A DNA stretch of 64,000 nucleotides from Cenarchaeum sp. (GTDB taxonomy: Archaea; Thermoproteota; Nitrososphaeria; Nitrososphaerales; Nitrosopumilaceae): positions 1,056,001 to 1,120,000 of the forward strand of contig OY843768.1 of the NCBI GenBank assembly GCA_963693095.2. The letters are read 5' to 3'. A program made the position numbers and the translations under genes. This document shows, piece after piece, positions 28,497-38,829 of this stretch. The notes beneath the pieces were generated by a model, which had not been told where the DNA came from, did not search any database, and saw only the letters and a program-made list of their open reading frames with translations. Position 1 is the stretch's first letter. Each line of letters opens with the position of its first letter.

Positions 28497-28907
28497 GTGG
28501 CCAAGATGGTCGGCGAGCCCCCCGTTCTGTCCAGGGAGGAGTATTCGACAAAGTGCGACCAGATACTTGAGGACTCGGAAATCAGGTTCTGCGGCTTTAT
28601 AGGCGGTGACGCCGAGCTCATAGTCAGCAGGTTCAGAAAGGACGTTGATCCCATCGAGACTGACGAGAACAGGCGCAAGATATACCAAGATCTCGTAGCC
28701 CGCATAACGAGGCGCAAGATGTTTGATGCCAAGCTCGGGCGCGTAAAGTACTCGGCATCACGCCGCGAAAAGGCCGTAATGATGAGCTTTCCGGTAGGCG
28801 AGGACATCGTCATGGTCATGGCCGAGCCGCACGTCAACATTGACCGGACCGCATACAGGATTATCGAAAAGCTCGGCAGCCAGTGGTCAGAGTTTTACGG
28901 CAAATAG
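28497..28907 (+). CDS. Thaumarchaeal roadblock/profilin-like small protein (DUF6659-like)
   Basis: IRFCGFI, FDAKLGRVKYS.SRREK..MMSFP pattern typical of this expanded family. Confidence 0.72.
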   Translation: MAKMVGEPPVLSREEYSTKCDQILEDSEIRFCGFIGGDAELIVSRFRKDVDPIETDENRRKIYQDLVARITRRKMFDAKLGRVKYSASRREKAVMMSFPVGEDIVMVMAEPHVNIDRTAYRIIEKLGSQWSEFYGK

Positions 28908-28924
28908 AAAAGATGGTGTGGGGC

Positions 28925-29884
28925 CTAGAACCCCTTTGGAAGCGTTCCGTGAGTTGAGCTAGGTGCCGGTGCGGTGCGCTTTTGCGCATTTTCTCTCGCA
29001 AGGCGCTCGAGCTCTGCTCGCTCTGCCTGCTCCGTCTCTAGTCTCTTTAGATAGTCTTCCTCGTATGACTCGAGATTGCTCTGTGAGCTGCCACTCTGCT
29101 GTACTTGCTGCTGCTGTTGCTGCTGCTGCGGCGGGGGCGACATGCCCTTTGGCAGGCTACCGCGCGTCGATGACGGCGGTGGTGGTGGCGGTGGTGCGCT
29201 AGCCTGTGTGCCAGCACCCTCTACGCGCATGCCATAACCCGTAAAGCGCTTTTCGGGTGGATGGTATGCGAGTCTCTGCCTTGTCGCAAAGTACTGGTTT
29301 GAGGGCTGCGTGTATCCCGTGACATTCTTCTTTTGGAGGTTCCAGTCAGACGTTACGACCTTGCCCGTCGGTGCCGTGTTGCGCGCATAGTAGCGGCTCG
29401 GCGAGGGCGTGTATCCCGTTATCTTGGCGCGCATCTCGCCAAACGTGTCAGTTATCGGAAAGTTTCGGTATGACTCTTCGAGTGCTGCGGCCACAGTTGC
29501 CGGTGGTGCGCTAGTCTCGGCGCTAGCCGCCTGCGGTGGCGGTGCCATGCCTTTTGGCAGGCTTCCGCGCGTCGATGACGGCTGCGGTGCCGGCTTTGGC
29601 GGCGGTGCTGTCTGCTGCTGTTGCTGCTGCGATGGGGGCGACATGCCCTTTGGCAGGCTTCCGCGCGCCGCTGAGGGCTGCGGTGCCGGCTTTGGCGGCG
29701 GTGCTGTCTGCTGCTTTTGGGCAGTGCCCTTTGGCAGGCTTCCGCGCGTCGATGACGGCTCCGGTTTTGGTGGTGCCTGAGCCGAGAGCTTTGCGATCTG
29801 AGCCTCTAGGGTCCGAATCCTCTCCTCTAGATCCTTCTTGGTCGTTCTCGATGACTTTGCCTTCTTTGTCGTTGCCATTGCCAT
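28925..29884 (-). CDS. Pro/Gln-rich disordered protein with five RGSLPKG motifs
   Basis: N-terminal coiled coil; SSTRGSLPKG repeats; two TGYT.P...Y.A repeats. Confidence 0.8.
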   Translation of the reverse strand: MAMATTKKAKSSRTTKKDLEERIRTLEAQIAKLSAQAPPKPEPSSTRGSLPKGTAQKQQTAPPPKPAPQPSAARGSLPKGMSPPSQQQQQQTAPPPKPAPQPSSTRGSLPKGMAPPPQAASAETSAPPATVAAALEESYRNFPITDTFGEMRAKITGYTPSPSRYYARNTAPTGKVVTSDWNLQKKNVTGYTQPSNQYFATRQRLAYHPPEKRFTGYGMRVEGAGTQASAPPPPPPPSSTRGSLPKGMSPPPQQQQQQQQVQQSGSSQSNLESYEEDYLKRLETEQAERAELERLARENAQKRTAPAPSSTHGTLPKGF

Positions 29885-29956
29885 GGCGCCGGAGGGGGTG
29901 CTTATTTACATTTTGGTTGATCGCAGCGGATTTCACGCCTGAGGGCGCCCTGACCG

Positions 29957-30151
29957 CTAGTCAGGCTCCCAGAACTGCATCACATAGAGGCAGTTGTTGC
30001 AGCGCCAGACGCTCACGTGCGGGCCGTTGGCCGTGTCGGCCCCATACTCGCCGCCCTTGAGCCTCACGGCCGTGGGCAAAAAGTGCGTATTTGGGCTCTG
30101 GAGCCACTCGTTCTGGCCGCAGTTGGGGCAGCGCGTCCTTGGAGGCAACAC
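29957..30151 (-). CDS. Small zinc-ribbon protein
   Basis: CPNCG...WRCNNCLY in ~64 aa; start trimmed to GTG 30151. Confidence 0.75.
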   Translation of the reverse strand: MLPPRTRCPNCGQNEWLQSPNTHFLPTAVRLKGGEYGADTANGPHVSVWRCNNCLYVMQFWEPD

Positions 30152-30235
30152 GGCGCGCCCGCGAGGCTCCCAAAATGTAGGTTTCGGGCAGGCCTGCCCA
30201 AAAGGGGTAATTAGGGCAGCGCGCTGGGTGCGCCA

Positions 30236-31189
30236 TTGGCGCAGGTGGACGCGCAGTCTGGTCTTGGCGAGCTCGTGGGCCGACTGCGCGGCGATGGCGG
30301 TGTGCGCGATGACGAGGTGGACGCGGGTGCGATCGCCGAGCTGCGCGCGCTGGGGTACGGGATTGCGCATGACGGCCCGTCATGGAGGATGACTCACAAT
30401 ACCGAGCGAATCCTCCCGTGGGAGCTTGCGCGCGGACTGCAGACAAGCGTGCTCGGCAGGCGCGCAGAGTACCATGACGAGATTGGCTCGACGCAGGATC
30501 GCGCAATCGAGGTGGCGCGCTCTGGTGGCGCGCGCGGCACAGTCGTCGTTGCGCGAACGCAACAGTCCGGAAGGGGACGTCGCGGAAGGAGGTGGGAGTC
30601 ACCGGCCGGAGGACTGTGGATGTCAGTTGTCATCGGAGAGTGCGCCGGTGACGCAAGCATTCTGCCGCTTGCCGCATCGCTCTCCCTAAGGGACGCGATT
30701 CTCGGCACGCTTGGCGAAAAAACCGGACTCGTGTGGCCAAACGACATTGTGGTTCTCAGGGACGGTGTTGCTCACAAGGTCGCCGGCATTGTCGTTGACG
30801 CAGATGCGCGCGGCGAGTCCATCGAGCATGCAGTCATCGGGGTCGGGATAAACATCGGCGTTGACGAGGATGCGCTAAACGCGTCGATTCATGGCGCGGC
30901 GCGAAGGGCAGCGTCGTTGCGTGGTGATGCCCATGCGCCAAGGAGGCTTGCGCAATCGTTTCTGCTAAACCTCGAGTCAGTGTGCGCAAGGCTCGGGCAT
31001 GATGCCGCAGGCATTGCAGCAGAGTGGTCAAGGGAGTCAGGCATGATGGGGCGAGCTGCCACTGTCAGGACCGAGTCTTGCGCGGTTTCCGGGACCGTTG
31101 TGCGGATTGAGCCTGACGGGGCGCTCGTCCTGCGCTGCGGCGGGCGCGAGGAGCGCTTTGTCGCCGGCGAGGTTGTTTGCGTCCGCTAG
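30236..31189 (+). CDS. birA: Biotin--protein ligase
   Basis: STQD, QQSGRGRRGRRWESP.GGLWMS, WPND, KVAGI, GVGIN. Confidence 0.93.
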   Translation: MAQVDAQSGLGELVGRLRGDGGVRDDEVDAGAIAELRALGYGIAHDGPSWRMTHNTERILPWELARGLQTSVLGRRAEYHDEIGSTQDRAIEVARSGGARGTVVVARTQQSGRGRRGRRWESPAGGLWMSVVIGECAGDASILPLAASLSLRDAILGTLGEKTGLVWPNDIVVLRDGVAHKVAGIVVDADARGESIEHAVIGVGINIGVDEDALNASIHGAARRAASLRGDAHAPRRLAQSFLLNLESVCARLGHDAAGIAAEWSRESGMMGRAATVRTESCAVSGTVVRIEPDGALVLRCGGREERFVAGEVVCVR

Positions 31190-31475
31190 TGGCCCGCGAG
31201 CGCACGCTCCTTCCAAGCATCTCAGACAGCTCGGACTGGACGTCGAGGACCGAGTCGATGATGCCCTCGAGGCCTGATGTGTACTCGGCATAGAGGTCGA
31301 TTATCCGCGACTTTTGGGCGCCGGATCGCGCGAGCGTGTCGTTTGCGCGAATCAGGTTTGCCGCATCGGTGAGCTCCGGGCTAGTCGGTGCCGGCTCGCC
31401 TATCTTGCCAAGGGCCGCCCTAGCCGCGTCTATCTGCTCGCGGAGGCTCGGTGAGCCCTGCGCGCGACCTGCCAT
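31065..31475 (-). CDS. Hypothetical coiled-coil protein
   Basis: PELTDAANLIRAN helical core; basic C-terminal tail overlaps birA. Confidence 0.6.
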   Translation of the reverse strand: MAGRAQGSPSLREQIDAARAALGKIGEPAPTSPELTDAANLIRANDTLARSGAQKSRIIDLYAEYTSGLEGIIDSVLDVQSELSEMLGRSVRSRATSGRKQPRRRQSAPRARRSAGRAPRQAQSAQRSRKPRKTRS

Positions 31476-31563
31476 GGGGCAGCAAGGGGTGCCGGGGCGT
31501 TAAAGCCTTTGTGCGGCGCCACGCACTAGATCGTGCGCAATATGCACAGGATAAATAGATTGG

Positions 31564-32997
31564 ATGCTTCCCCGCCGACTGATGGCATGGAGACTAGTGG
31601 CCTGCGGCGCCGTGGCAGCGGTTCTAGCTGTTGCGCTAGCCGGAACGGCTGACGCGCAGGATGACGGTGCAATGAAGGAGGCCCGGAGCCTCTTTGCGCG
31701 CGGCGAGTATTCGGCGGCCATTGCGATATACGACGGCATTCTCGACGGGGCGCCAAGGGACGCAGATGTCCTGCGCCTAAAGGGAATAGCGCAGTCAAAC
31801 AGCGGCCTGCATCGCGAGTCGCTCATATCGTTCTATACCGTGCTCCAGGACAACCCTGCTGACACCGTTGCGCTAGCCGGAGCCGGCGTGGGGTTTGGCA
31901 ACCTAGGCGAGTACGCCGAGGCAAGGCTGTACTTTGCGAGAGCCCTTGAGGCAGAGCCAGAGAGCACGGTGTACCAAAACTATGCGACGTTTATCGATGG
32001 CGTGATAACAAAATACCCCTACAAGGCCACCGAAAAGCCCGACTTTGCGGCACCATCGCAGCGCCCCTCAAAGGTGCCGGCGTGGACTACCGGCATTGCG
32101 CTGTGGTGGGCCGGCGGGCAGATAAGCGGCGAGGAGTTTCTCGAGGCGATCACGTACCTTCTCGCCGAGGGCGTCATTGTCGTTCCCGTCGCCGGCATGG
32201 AGCGGACCGCCTCCCCGCAGACCGTGCCTGATGAGGAGACGCTCGTGGAGTGGGCATCAGGAAACGTCACAGTCGGCAGCCTAGCGCAAACCGTGCGCGA
32301 GATGCTCATCGGCGGCCTAGTCGACGGGCCTCCCGAGAGTGCCGAGGCAAAGGCTTCGCGCGACAGGGATGGCCTCTTTTTGTTCAAGAACTATCTAGGG
32401 CGCATAGTCTCCAACGTCGATAGCGAAAAGCGCTACATCGAGTACCCCAACCCCAGCGGTGATGTGATCAAAAAGTTCCTGCGCGACTATGTAAAGTGGA
32501 ACTTTGACGAGGAGGCCGCGCGCGCGGCGACCAGTTTTCCGGATCCCGAGATCGACGTGCGGATCGGCGCGGGGGCGACCATACGCTACAACGTGTTCAT
32601 AAACGAGCAGCCCTCCGGACTGCCCCTCAACCATGTCGAGACGCTGGGCGACTCGATGGCGTTCTGGGAGGCCCAGACGCTCCAGTACGGCGGCGAGGAC
32701 GCGAGCATCATCTTTAGCGTGACGCGCGCAAAGCACGAGGCCAACGTGTGGGTCACGTGGGTGGTCAGGGATCTCGGCGAGGGCGTCCTGGGCCATGCGC
32801 ACGTAGGCAAGGGGATTGTGGAAGTCGCCCTAGGCGACTATGCGTGCGACGGGAGCTTTCAGCTGTATGACGTGGGCACCGTTCAGGAGATAATGACGCA
32901 CGAGCTGGGCCACTCTGTCGGCCTGGGCCACTCTGATGTCAAGACCAGCATAATGTACCCCACGCTCGCCCCTTCATACGCGTACTGCCTCCTCTAG
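31564..32997 (+). CDS. Secreted TPR protein with C-terminal M10/matrixin metzincin protease
   Basis: Signal peptide, TPRs, VPAW...WW module, HELGHSVGLGH and Met-turn SIMYP. Confidence 0.9.
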   Translation: MLPRRLMAWRLVACGAVAAVLAVALAGTADAQDDGAMKEARSLFARGEYSAAIAIYDGILDGAPRDADVLRLKGIAQSNSGLHRESLISFYTVLQDNPADTVALAGAGVGFGNLGEYAEARLYFARALEAEPESTVYQNYATFIDGVITKYPYKATEKPDFAAPSQRPSKVPAWTTGIALWWAGGQISGEEFLEAITYLLAEGVIVVPVAGMERTASPQTVPDEETLVEWASGNVTVGSLAQTVREMLIGGLVDGPPESAEAKASRDRDGLFLFKNYLGRIVSNVDSEKRYIEYPNPSGDVIKKFLRDYVKWNFDEEAARAATSFPDPEIDVRIGAGATIRYNVFINEQPSGLPLNHVETLGDSMAFWEAQTLQYGGEDASIIFSVTRAKHEANVWVTWVVRDLGEGVLGHAHVGKGIVEVALGDYACDGSFQLYDVGTVQEIMTHELGHSVGLGHSDVKTSIMYPTLAPSYAYCLL

Positions 32998-33557
32998 CCG
33001 TCCCACGTGGCGCGCGGCGGGCCGCGGCGCATGACGAGAAAGACGCCGGCGGCAATGCCGACATGGTACAGCGAGTACATTGCGACGTGGAACTCGGTGG
33101 GGACATATCCGGCAAACCTTGACGCGAGGGCCAGGAAGAACGTGATGACACTTATTGCAAAGACAAAGTATCGTGCGATTGCTGGCAGCTCGGCGCTGCG
33201 AAAGAGGAGCATTAGCGAGACGGTGATGAGCATGGCGAGCGTTGACCAAAACCCGCCGTCAACGCCGAGGAGTTGCGCGATGATATTCGCGAGTCCCTCC
33301 AGGGTTTCAGGCGTCCCCAGTCCGGCAAGGTTCACGCGCTCTGGTGACGCAAAGCGCAGCGCGCTTAGGATGGCGTGCGCGAGAAAGACGATGAGGAGTA
33401 TCGTCGAGGCGGCGCGCGCGTGTGAGCGAAGCGACGGGAACCTCCGGCGCACGCCGCGCGCAAGCATTGCGCCCTGGAGCGCCCCGACGCCAAAGGCGAC
33501 TGCAAATGACTCGAGATAGTGCTCCTCGGCGAGCCCTAACAGTTCCTCCCCAAGCAA
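32994..33557 (-). CDS. Hypothetical multi-pass membrane protein
   Basis: About five hydrophobic helices. Confidence 0.75.
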   Translation of the reverse strand: MLGEELLGLAEEHYLESFAVAFGVGALQGAMLARGVRRRFPSLRSHARAASTILLIVFLAHAILSALRFASPERVNLAGLGTPETLEGLANIIAQLLGVDGGFWSTLAMLITVSLMLLFRSAELPAIARYFVFAISVITFFLALASRFAGYVPTEFHVAMYSLYHVGIAAGVFLVMRRGPPRATWDG

Positions 33558-33631
33558 CGCGCGCGCGGCGCATGGTGCGCAGATTTAGGGATTGCCATTG
33601 GGCACGCAGGGCGGCGTGCGCAGGATGACGA

Positions 33632-33708
33632 TGGTGGGGACGATGGGACTTGAACCCATGATCTCCAGCGCCCGAGGCTGGCAGTCCACCATGCTAACCT
33701 ACGTCCCC
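33632..33708 (-). tRNA. tRNA-Pro(CGG)
   Basis: Cloverleaf GGGGACG...CGTCCCC-A-CCA; anticodon arm CCAGC-CTCGGGC-GCTGG; GTTCAAGT T-loop. Confidence 0.96.
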
Positions 33709-33861
33709 GGCGGGGCGCTTGACGGGCCGTTATTATGTCTAATTCCGCCATGCAATAGCCGTCATGTGCCATGGCGGGACTGACCCTGTTTGGAGAATCC
33801 ATGTCGCATGCCAGCAGAGCGCGCTCCAAAGTCGCCCCCCTGCCAGGTTACAGGCTGCGCC

Positions 33862-36800
33862 CTATATGGGTGAGTACGCGACGCTCGTCGTGCCGGCCGT
33901 GCCGGCCAGCGGCGCATGAACGAGGACGAATGACTGCCGCATGTCCGCGCCTGCCGACGCGGGGATCGCCAGGGTCTCCGAGGCCTCATCGCCCTGCCCC
34001 GCAGCCGCGCCCGTCGCTCGTTCCCCGCCGACTGTCCAGTCAGACGCCCTGATCGTGCCGGACACGGGCTCGGTGAACGACACGAGCGTCTCAGTCGGGC
34101 CGAGGACGCTTGCGCTGAACTCGGGCCGCAGCGTGTCGATTATGGCAGCACCCCCGGTGACGGCCGTGCGCCCCACGGTCGACTCGATGACCGACTCGAT
34201 TCCACCGACGTCGCGCGCCACTATGACAAACTCTACGGCGCCCTGCGCGGCTCCCTCAGGCACTGTGTACGCCGTTGACCACCGCGCGCGATCCGCACCT
34301 TCCGTGAAAACCATGTCCTCCGCGTCACCGTATACGGCCATGCGCGGCGGTGCGCCAGCCGACTCTCCCAACATAAGACCCACCTCGATCATGTCGCCGA
34401 CTCGCACGTACTCGTTGTCGGTCCGTGATGGGCCGGGCTTTGAGGCCGACAAGGTGATCGCAGATGCTGTCGGCGGTATGGCGTCAGTCGCCGTCACCGG
34501 AAACGGGCCGCCGCCCTGCACGTTTGGCGTCGCCCCCATGTCGCGCACTCGCCCTGCGTCATCGTCGTCTGCGCTGTAGGTCACAGTCGGAGTAGACGCG
34601 GTCCCGGAGAGCTCGGCGTGCGTGAGCACCAGGACGCTCGGCTCGCCGGGCTTGACTGCCACGCCGCTGACCGGCCTGTCTGTCCCGTCGTGCACTGTCC
34701 AGTGCGCCCCGAGCTGGGCAGGTGTGGCCCCGGCTCCGAGCGCGACGGGCTCCCCAAAGGTGACCTCCGTCATCGTGGGCGAGATCGAGGTGGCCGAGAC
34801 GGGCTCGGGGGCGTGCGTGTCCGTGTAGGTGACGCGCGGGAATGACACTACAGAGTTCCGCACGTCTCTAAGTGTGTAATCCGCGCCGAAGCGGTACTTT
34901 GTGCCGCCCGAGGCGTCACGCTCGGTCGTCAGACGCAGCTCCGTGGATCCCTCGGCGTACGACGCGGAGACCTGGCCCAGGTCAGGCGCCGTCGAGAACG
35001 TCGCTTCCACGATCCTGTGGGGTATGATGGGGCTGCCCAGCGTGACGACTATGGTGTTCTGGTCATCAAATGCGGCCGAGCTCGCCGGTGCCGGACGGTA
35101 CGTCACGGCCTGCGTCCCGGCCGGCAAAAAGTTGCCCGCGACGTCGCGCACCTTGCTGGCCGCAATGCTGATCGTGTACGTGGTGTCGTCAGCCGGCGCG
35201 GCGGCGAGCCGGAGATGGGCGAACCTGGACAGCGGCTCGTAGGAGACGGCGTCAGACTCGCTTAGGCTGCTCTCCGTCGACCCGTCCGCAGTCACCCCAA
35301 AGGCCTCGGCAGTCACGGTGTCCGGCCGCAACGGCTCGCTGAGCTCCAGGACCACCGAGTCAGGGGCGCTCGCGACGTACGCGCTGAGCACCACTGGCGG
35401 CGTAACGTCGCTGCGCGAGAGCACCACCTCCAGGTTCTCAAACTCGTGCCCGCTCGTGTCCGTCGCCGTTCGGGGAATCGTGATCGTGTACGGCGTGTTG
35501 GCCGCAGCGGCAACCGTCGAGGTCAGCGTTACCGTAGCTGAGCCCGTGACGTATGCAGGGATCAGCTCGCCGAGCCCTTCGGCTTCAAATGTGCTTGCTA
35601 GGATGGATGCCGGGCTGAGCGCCTCGCTGGACGTCAATGATATCGTGGTCGGCCCCGTGAATGCGGCCGAGGTGAACTGTGGACTGACATTGTCTAGGAT
35701 CCTGGCAGAAAAGCTTGGCAGCACCCGTCCCGATCCTGTCGACAGTGCGTTGGCCGTCTCACCGTCCTGTGCAGTCGGCTTTGTGTACTCTAAATGGCGC
35801 CCCTGTGATTCTGCGGGTGCTGCGTGCCCGATGCGGATTGAGCTGAGGGATGTGACTGTCACGTCATCCGTCACAGGCTCGGGCTCGTATCCAGAGCTGC
35901 TGGTACTGATCCCTGTTGCGGGCACGCCGCCAATCTTCCATTCTGAGGCGTTGGTTGTGCCGGTTAGTGGACTCGTAAATCTCACGATCACCGTTCCGGC
36001 ATTCATTTCGCCTACAGCGGCCAATAGGCTCGGAACACCATTCACGGTAGTCGACGAGGGAGCCGAAAGGACGTTTCCGGCCGTGTCCTCTATGGCAGAG
36101 ATGCCCGCAGGCGGCGAGTATGTCAACGTTCCTTCGACGAATCGAGGAGAAGAAAATCTTATGAAAAACTGGTTATCGGCATCAATGTTTGCCGAGATGG
36201 ATCGCGGATTGTGCGACCTTCCCGTCGAGGGATCCATAAACGTCCAGTTGGCACGGTCTGGCAAATAGCCCCGCACATGGCGCACATCTTCGCTAAATGT
36301 GACGGTAATAGGGCTGCTGGTAAAATAGTTTGTGTATGCAGCGGTAAATGTCGGAGGTGTTATGTCCGTCCCGAGCATGGCCATGACTGAGCTTTCCGTG
36401 TGCACATTACCCACAATGTCTGCAATGGCAGGTATTCTCACGGTGTACGTGCTGCCAGCCACGGCATGCGCAGGCAGCGTGAGCCGAATTGTGCTTTGCG
36501 CATTATCATACAAACCCGTCACGGGAAACTGGGCGCCAGACGGCGGCGTGACTAAAAATTGTGCAGGGGCCGCCGACTTCGCGTCGAGCGGCTCGTCAAA
36601 TGTTAGCGATATAATGTTGCTTGCGGTAAATCTTGCCGCTAGCGCGGCAGGGGGCTTGACGTCGATCGTGACATTTTCTCCTGCCGTTATGGCGCTCTCT
36701 GAGAATGACACCGTGCCCGTGGTACCGGCATCCACTATCGCGAACCGCGCCGGCCCGTTCGGAGACGATGCCACGACGGTGTGCGCGTATGCCCACGACT

Positions 36801-38829
36801 TTCCGCTGTCGCCCACGGCAGTCATCGTGTTCACCGCCCCCCCGGCGAACACTATCGTGGGTGCGGCGCCCACGTTGGCCTGCAGCAGCTCCAGCGAGAC
36901 GGAGATCTTGTCCCCTGCCTTTACGTGCAGGCGTCCTGCGCCAGACTTTGCGGCACCAGCAGAATTTTGCGCCTCCACGGTCAGCGAGGACAGAGACGAT
37001 GGTGTCGGGGGATCAATCCCGTTGATTGCGAGGATGGCATCAATTCCCGTAAACCCGTTTTCGTGCCAGTCGTCCCTAAAATCATATATTGTAGGCGCGG
37101 GTGATGTCGCCTCCAGTCCCGTGATGGAGGTAAACGTTCTCCACACCATGTCAAAACTCGACACGGTGTCATCAGTCTCGCCGACAGCCGTAGACGCCGG
37201 ATCAGACAGATCCCACAGGGCAGAGGTGACACTCCCCTCCACATCTGAGCCAACAGTTCTATGCAGTGAATATAGAGGATAGGCGAGTTCTGTATAGGCG
37301 AGTTCTGGAGAGTCTCGGGTTTCTAACCTCACATGATAATACACACCTAGCCCTGGCAAGATTTGAGTGTCAAGAATTATGGACGGTATAAAATCTGCCC
37401 ATCCTTCTGCCCATGCGGCGGCGTCGTTGGTGCGAATGGCATAACCATGACCAACATCATACGGGGGAATGATAGGAAGGGCGCCATACACATCAGCCTC
37501 CACATGATGCCCATACTCGTGAATTGTTACATATTGTTGATACAAAGAGATCGAACTTGAAGTCAGGCTGATTGTTGGGGGATCATCTGAATAAATGCCC
37601 GGGAGGCCGACGCCACCTAGGGAAATCTGGACATGGCCAAGAGTGTACCCTACCTCATCCTCAAAGAATTGGTGGGCGACATGAACGTCTGCGTATGGTG
37701 CAAGCGCAAGCCTAAAAGGGTCGTTCTGTGGAATGGTTGCGGTGCCCATGCTGAACAGTGGTCCCGTAACGTCATTGCGGGTTGGCAGCTCGAGGTTTGG
37801 GACTGCGCCCTCGCGCTTCACTGTGGCAACGTCATCATCAACCAGCGAGAAGCGCACCACAATGTCTGCGGTGCCCATGCCGTCGGTGTCTGCGGTGGGA
37901 ACCGTCAGGCCATAAAATCCCTCACTGGCGGTCCGGCCGCACACGTTCTGGCCATTGTGCTGCAACGGCATGGCCGCCGTCATGCCGTCGGATCCTTCGT
38001 CGTGCAGGCAGACCATCACGTCGGCGACGGGCGCCACAGTCCCGCCCCTGCCCACCGCATTCAGGTACCCGTAGACATATGCCATGCCAGGAGTTCCTGC
38101 GCTGCCTGACACGTCAGGGGCGCCCCGCCCACCAGCTGACATGGCCGACTCGGGCAGCACGGACGTGAACCTTCCAGGGCTCCCCACCGCCCCTGATGCA
38201 AGCTCGACTAAACTCCCAATGACCACACTCGTGCCATACTGGTTGGCGAACAAGTGCAGCGGCATGCTCGCATCATCGTCCCTCACTCCCAGATCCACGA
38301 CAACCTCGGCGTTGCTGTATTTGATGTCAGACAGCAACTCTAGCGTTATATCATCAGATGCAGCGTCTGGCGAGTACGCGTTGAGGCGCGTGTACTCGTA
38401 TGTTTTGTGGCCGTTGGCATCAGTCCACAGAATAGTCATCTCAAAGCCCTTGTCCTCCCAATCCACCACGCCAATCCCCTCAGGTAACGTGAGCGTGACC
38501 GTGCTGCCCACATATCCGTTGGGACGTGACATGTTCCGTAGGTCATCTAGTGCGCCATAGCGTCCGGGCGGGAGATCCTTGCCCTCCAACGTCCCGATCT
38601 CATCGTTGTCTGGAATCTCTTTCCATGCGTACGTGTACGATATGACGAACTCTTTGCCGACCTCGTCATACTCTGAAATGCTGTACGAACCTATGGGCCA
38701 CGCACATGAATAGTCGCATGGTATTTCAGGGGGCACGGCGTGTGCAGGAATGGCAGCAGATGCGGCGCACAGTGTCACAATGGCGACACATATGGTGGCC
38801 TGAAGACTCGGAAATGACAGGCCAATCAC
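33862..38829 (-). CDS. Giant secreted protein (1655 aa): gluzincin-type metalloprotease domain plus tandem Ig/SwmB-like beta domains
   Basis: Signal peptide; HEYGH...AWAEGWADF; repeated 'i.ltFsEpl....D.aGN' modules. Confidence 0.82.
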   Translation of the reverse strand: MIGLSFPSLQATICVAIVTLCAASAAIPAHAVPPEIPCDYSCAWPIGSYSISEYDEVGKEFVISYTYAWKEIPDNDEIGTLEGKDLPPGRYGALDDLRNMSRPNGYVGSTVTLTLPEGIGVVDWEDKGFEMTILWTDANGHKTYEYTRLNAYSPDAASDDITLELLSDIKYSNAEVVVDLGVRDDDASMPLHLFANQYGTSVVIGSLVELASGAVGSPGRFTSVLPESAMSAGGRGAPDVSGSAGTPGMAYVYGYLNAVGRGGTVAPVADVMVCLHDEGSDGMTAAMPLQHNGQNVCGRTASEGFYGLTVPTADTDGMGTADIVVRFSLVDDDVATVKREGAVPNLELPTRNDVTGPLFSMGTATIPQNDPFRLALAPYADVHVAHQFFEDEVGYTLGHVQISLGGVGLPGIYSDDPPTISLTSSSISLYQQYVTIHEYGHHVEADVYGALPIIPPYDVGHGYAIRTNDAAAWAEGWADFIPSIILDTQILPGLGVYYHVRLETRDSPELAYTELAYPLYSLHRTVGSDVEGSVTSALWDLSDPASTAVGETDDTVSSFDMVWRTFTSITGLEATSPAPTIYDFRDDWHENGFTGIDAILAINGIDPPTPSSLSSLTVEAQNSAGAAKSGAGRLHVKAGDKISVSLELLQANVGAAPTIVFAGGAVNTMTAVGDSGKSWAYAHTVVASSPNGPARFAIVDAGTTGTVSFSESAITAGENVTIDVKPPAALAARFTASNIISLTFDEPLDAKSAAPAQFLVTPPSGAQFPVTGLYDNAQSTIRLTLPAHAVAGSTYTVRIPAIADIVGNVHTESSVMAMLGTDITPPTFTAAYTNYFTSSPITVTFSEDVRHVRGYLPDRANWTFMDPSTGRSHNPRSISANIDADNQFFIRFSSPRFVEGTLTYSPPAGISAIEDTAGNVLSAPSSTTVNGVPSLLAAVGEMNAGTVIVRFTSPLTGTTNASEWKIGGVPATGISTSSSGYEPEPVTDDVTVTSLSSIRIGHAAPAESQGRHLEYTKPTAQDGETANALSTGSGRVLPSFSARILDNVSPQFTSAAFTGPTTISLTSSEALSPASILASTFEAEGLGELIPAYVTGSATVTLTSTVAAAANTPYTITIPRTATDTSGHEFENLEVVLSRSDVTPPVVLSAYVASAPDSVVLELSEPLRPDTVTAEAFGVTADGSTESSLSESDAVSYEPLSRFAHLRLAAAPADDTTYTISIAASKVRDVAGNFLPAGTQAVTYRPAPASSAAFDDQNTIVVTLGSPIIPHRIVEATFSTAPDLGQVSASYAEGSTELRLTTERDASGGTKYRFGADYTLRDVRNSVVSFPRVTYTDTHAPEPVSATSISPTMTEVTFGEPVALGAGATPAQLGAHWTVHDGTDRPVSGVAVKPGEPSVLVLTHAELSGTASTPTVTYSADDDDAGRVRDMGATPNVQGGGPFPVTATDAIPPTASAITLSASKPGPSRTDNEYVRVGDMIEVGLMLGESAGAPPRMAVYGDAEDMVFTEGADRARWSTAYTVPEGAAQGAVEFVIVARDVGGIESVIESTVGRTAVTGGAAIIDTLRPEFSASVLGPTETLVSFTEPVSGTIRASDWTVGGERATGAAAGQGDEASETLAIPASAGADMRQSFVLVHAPLAGTAGTTSVAYSPI

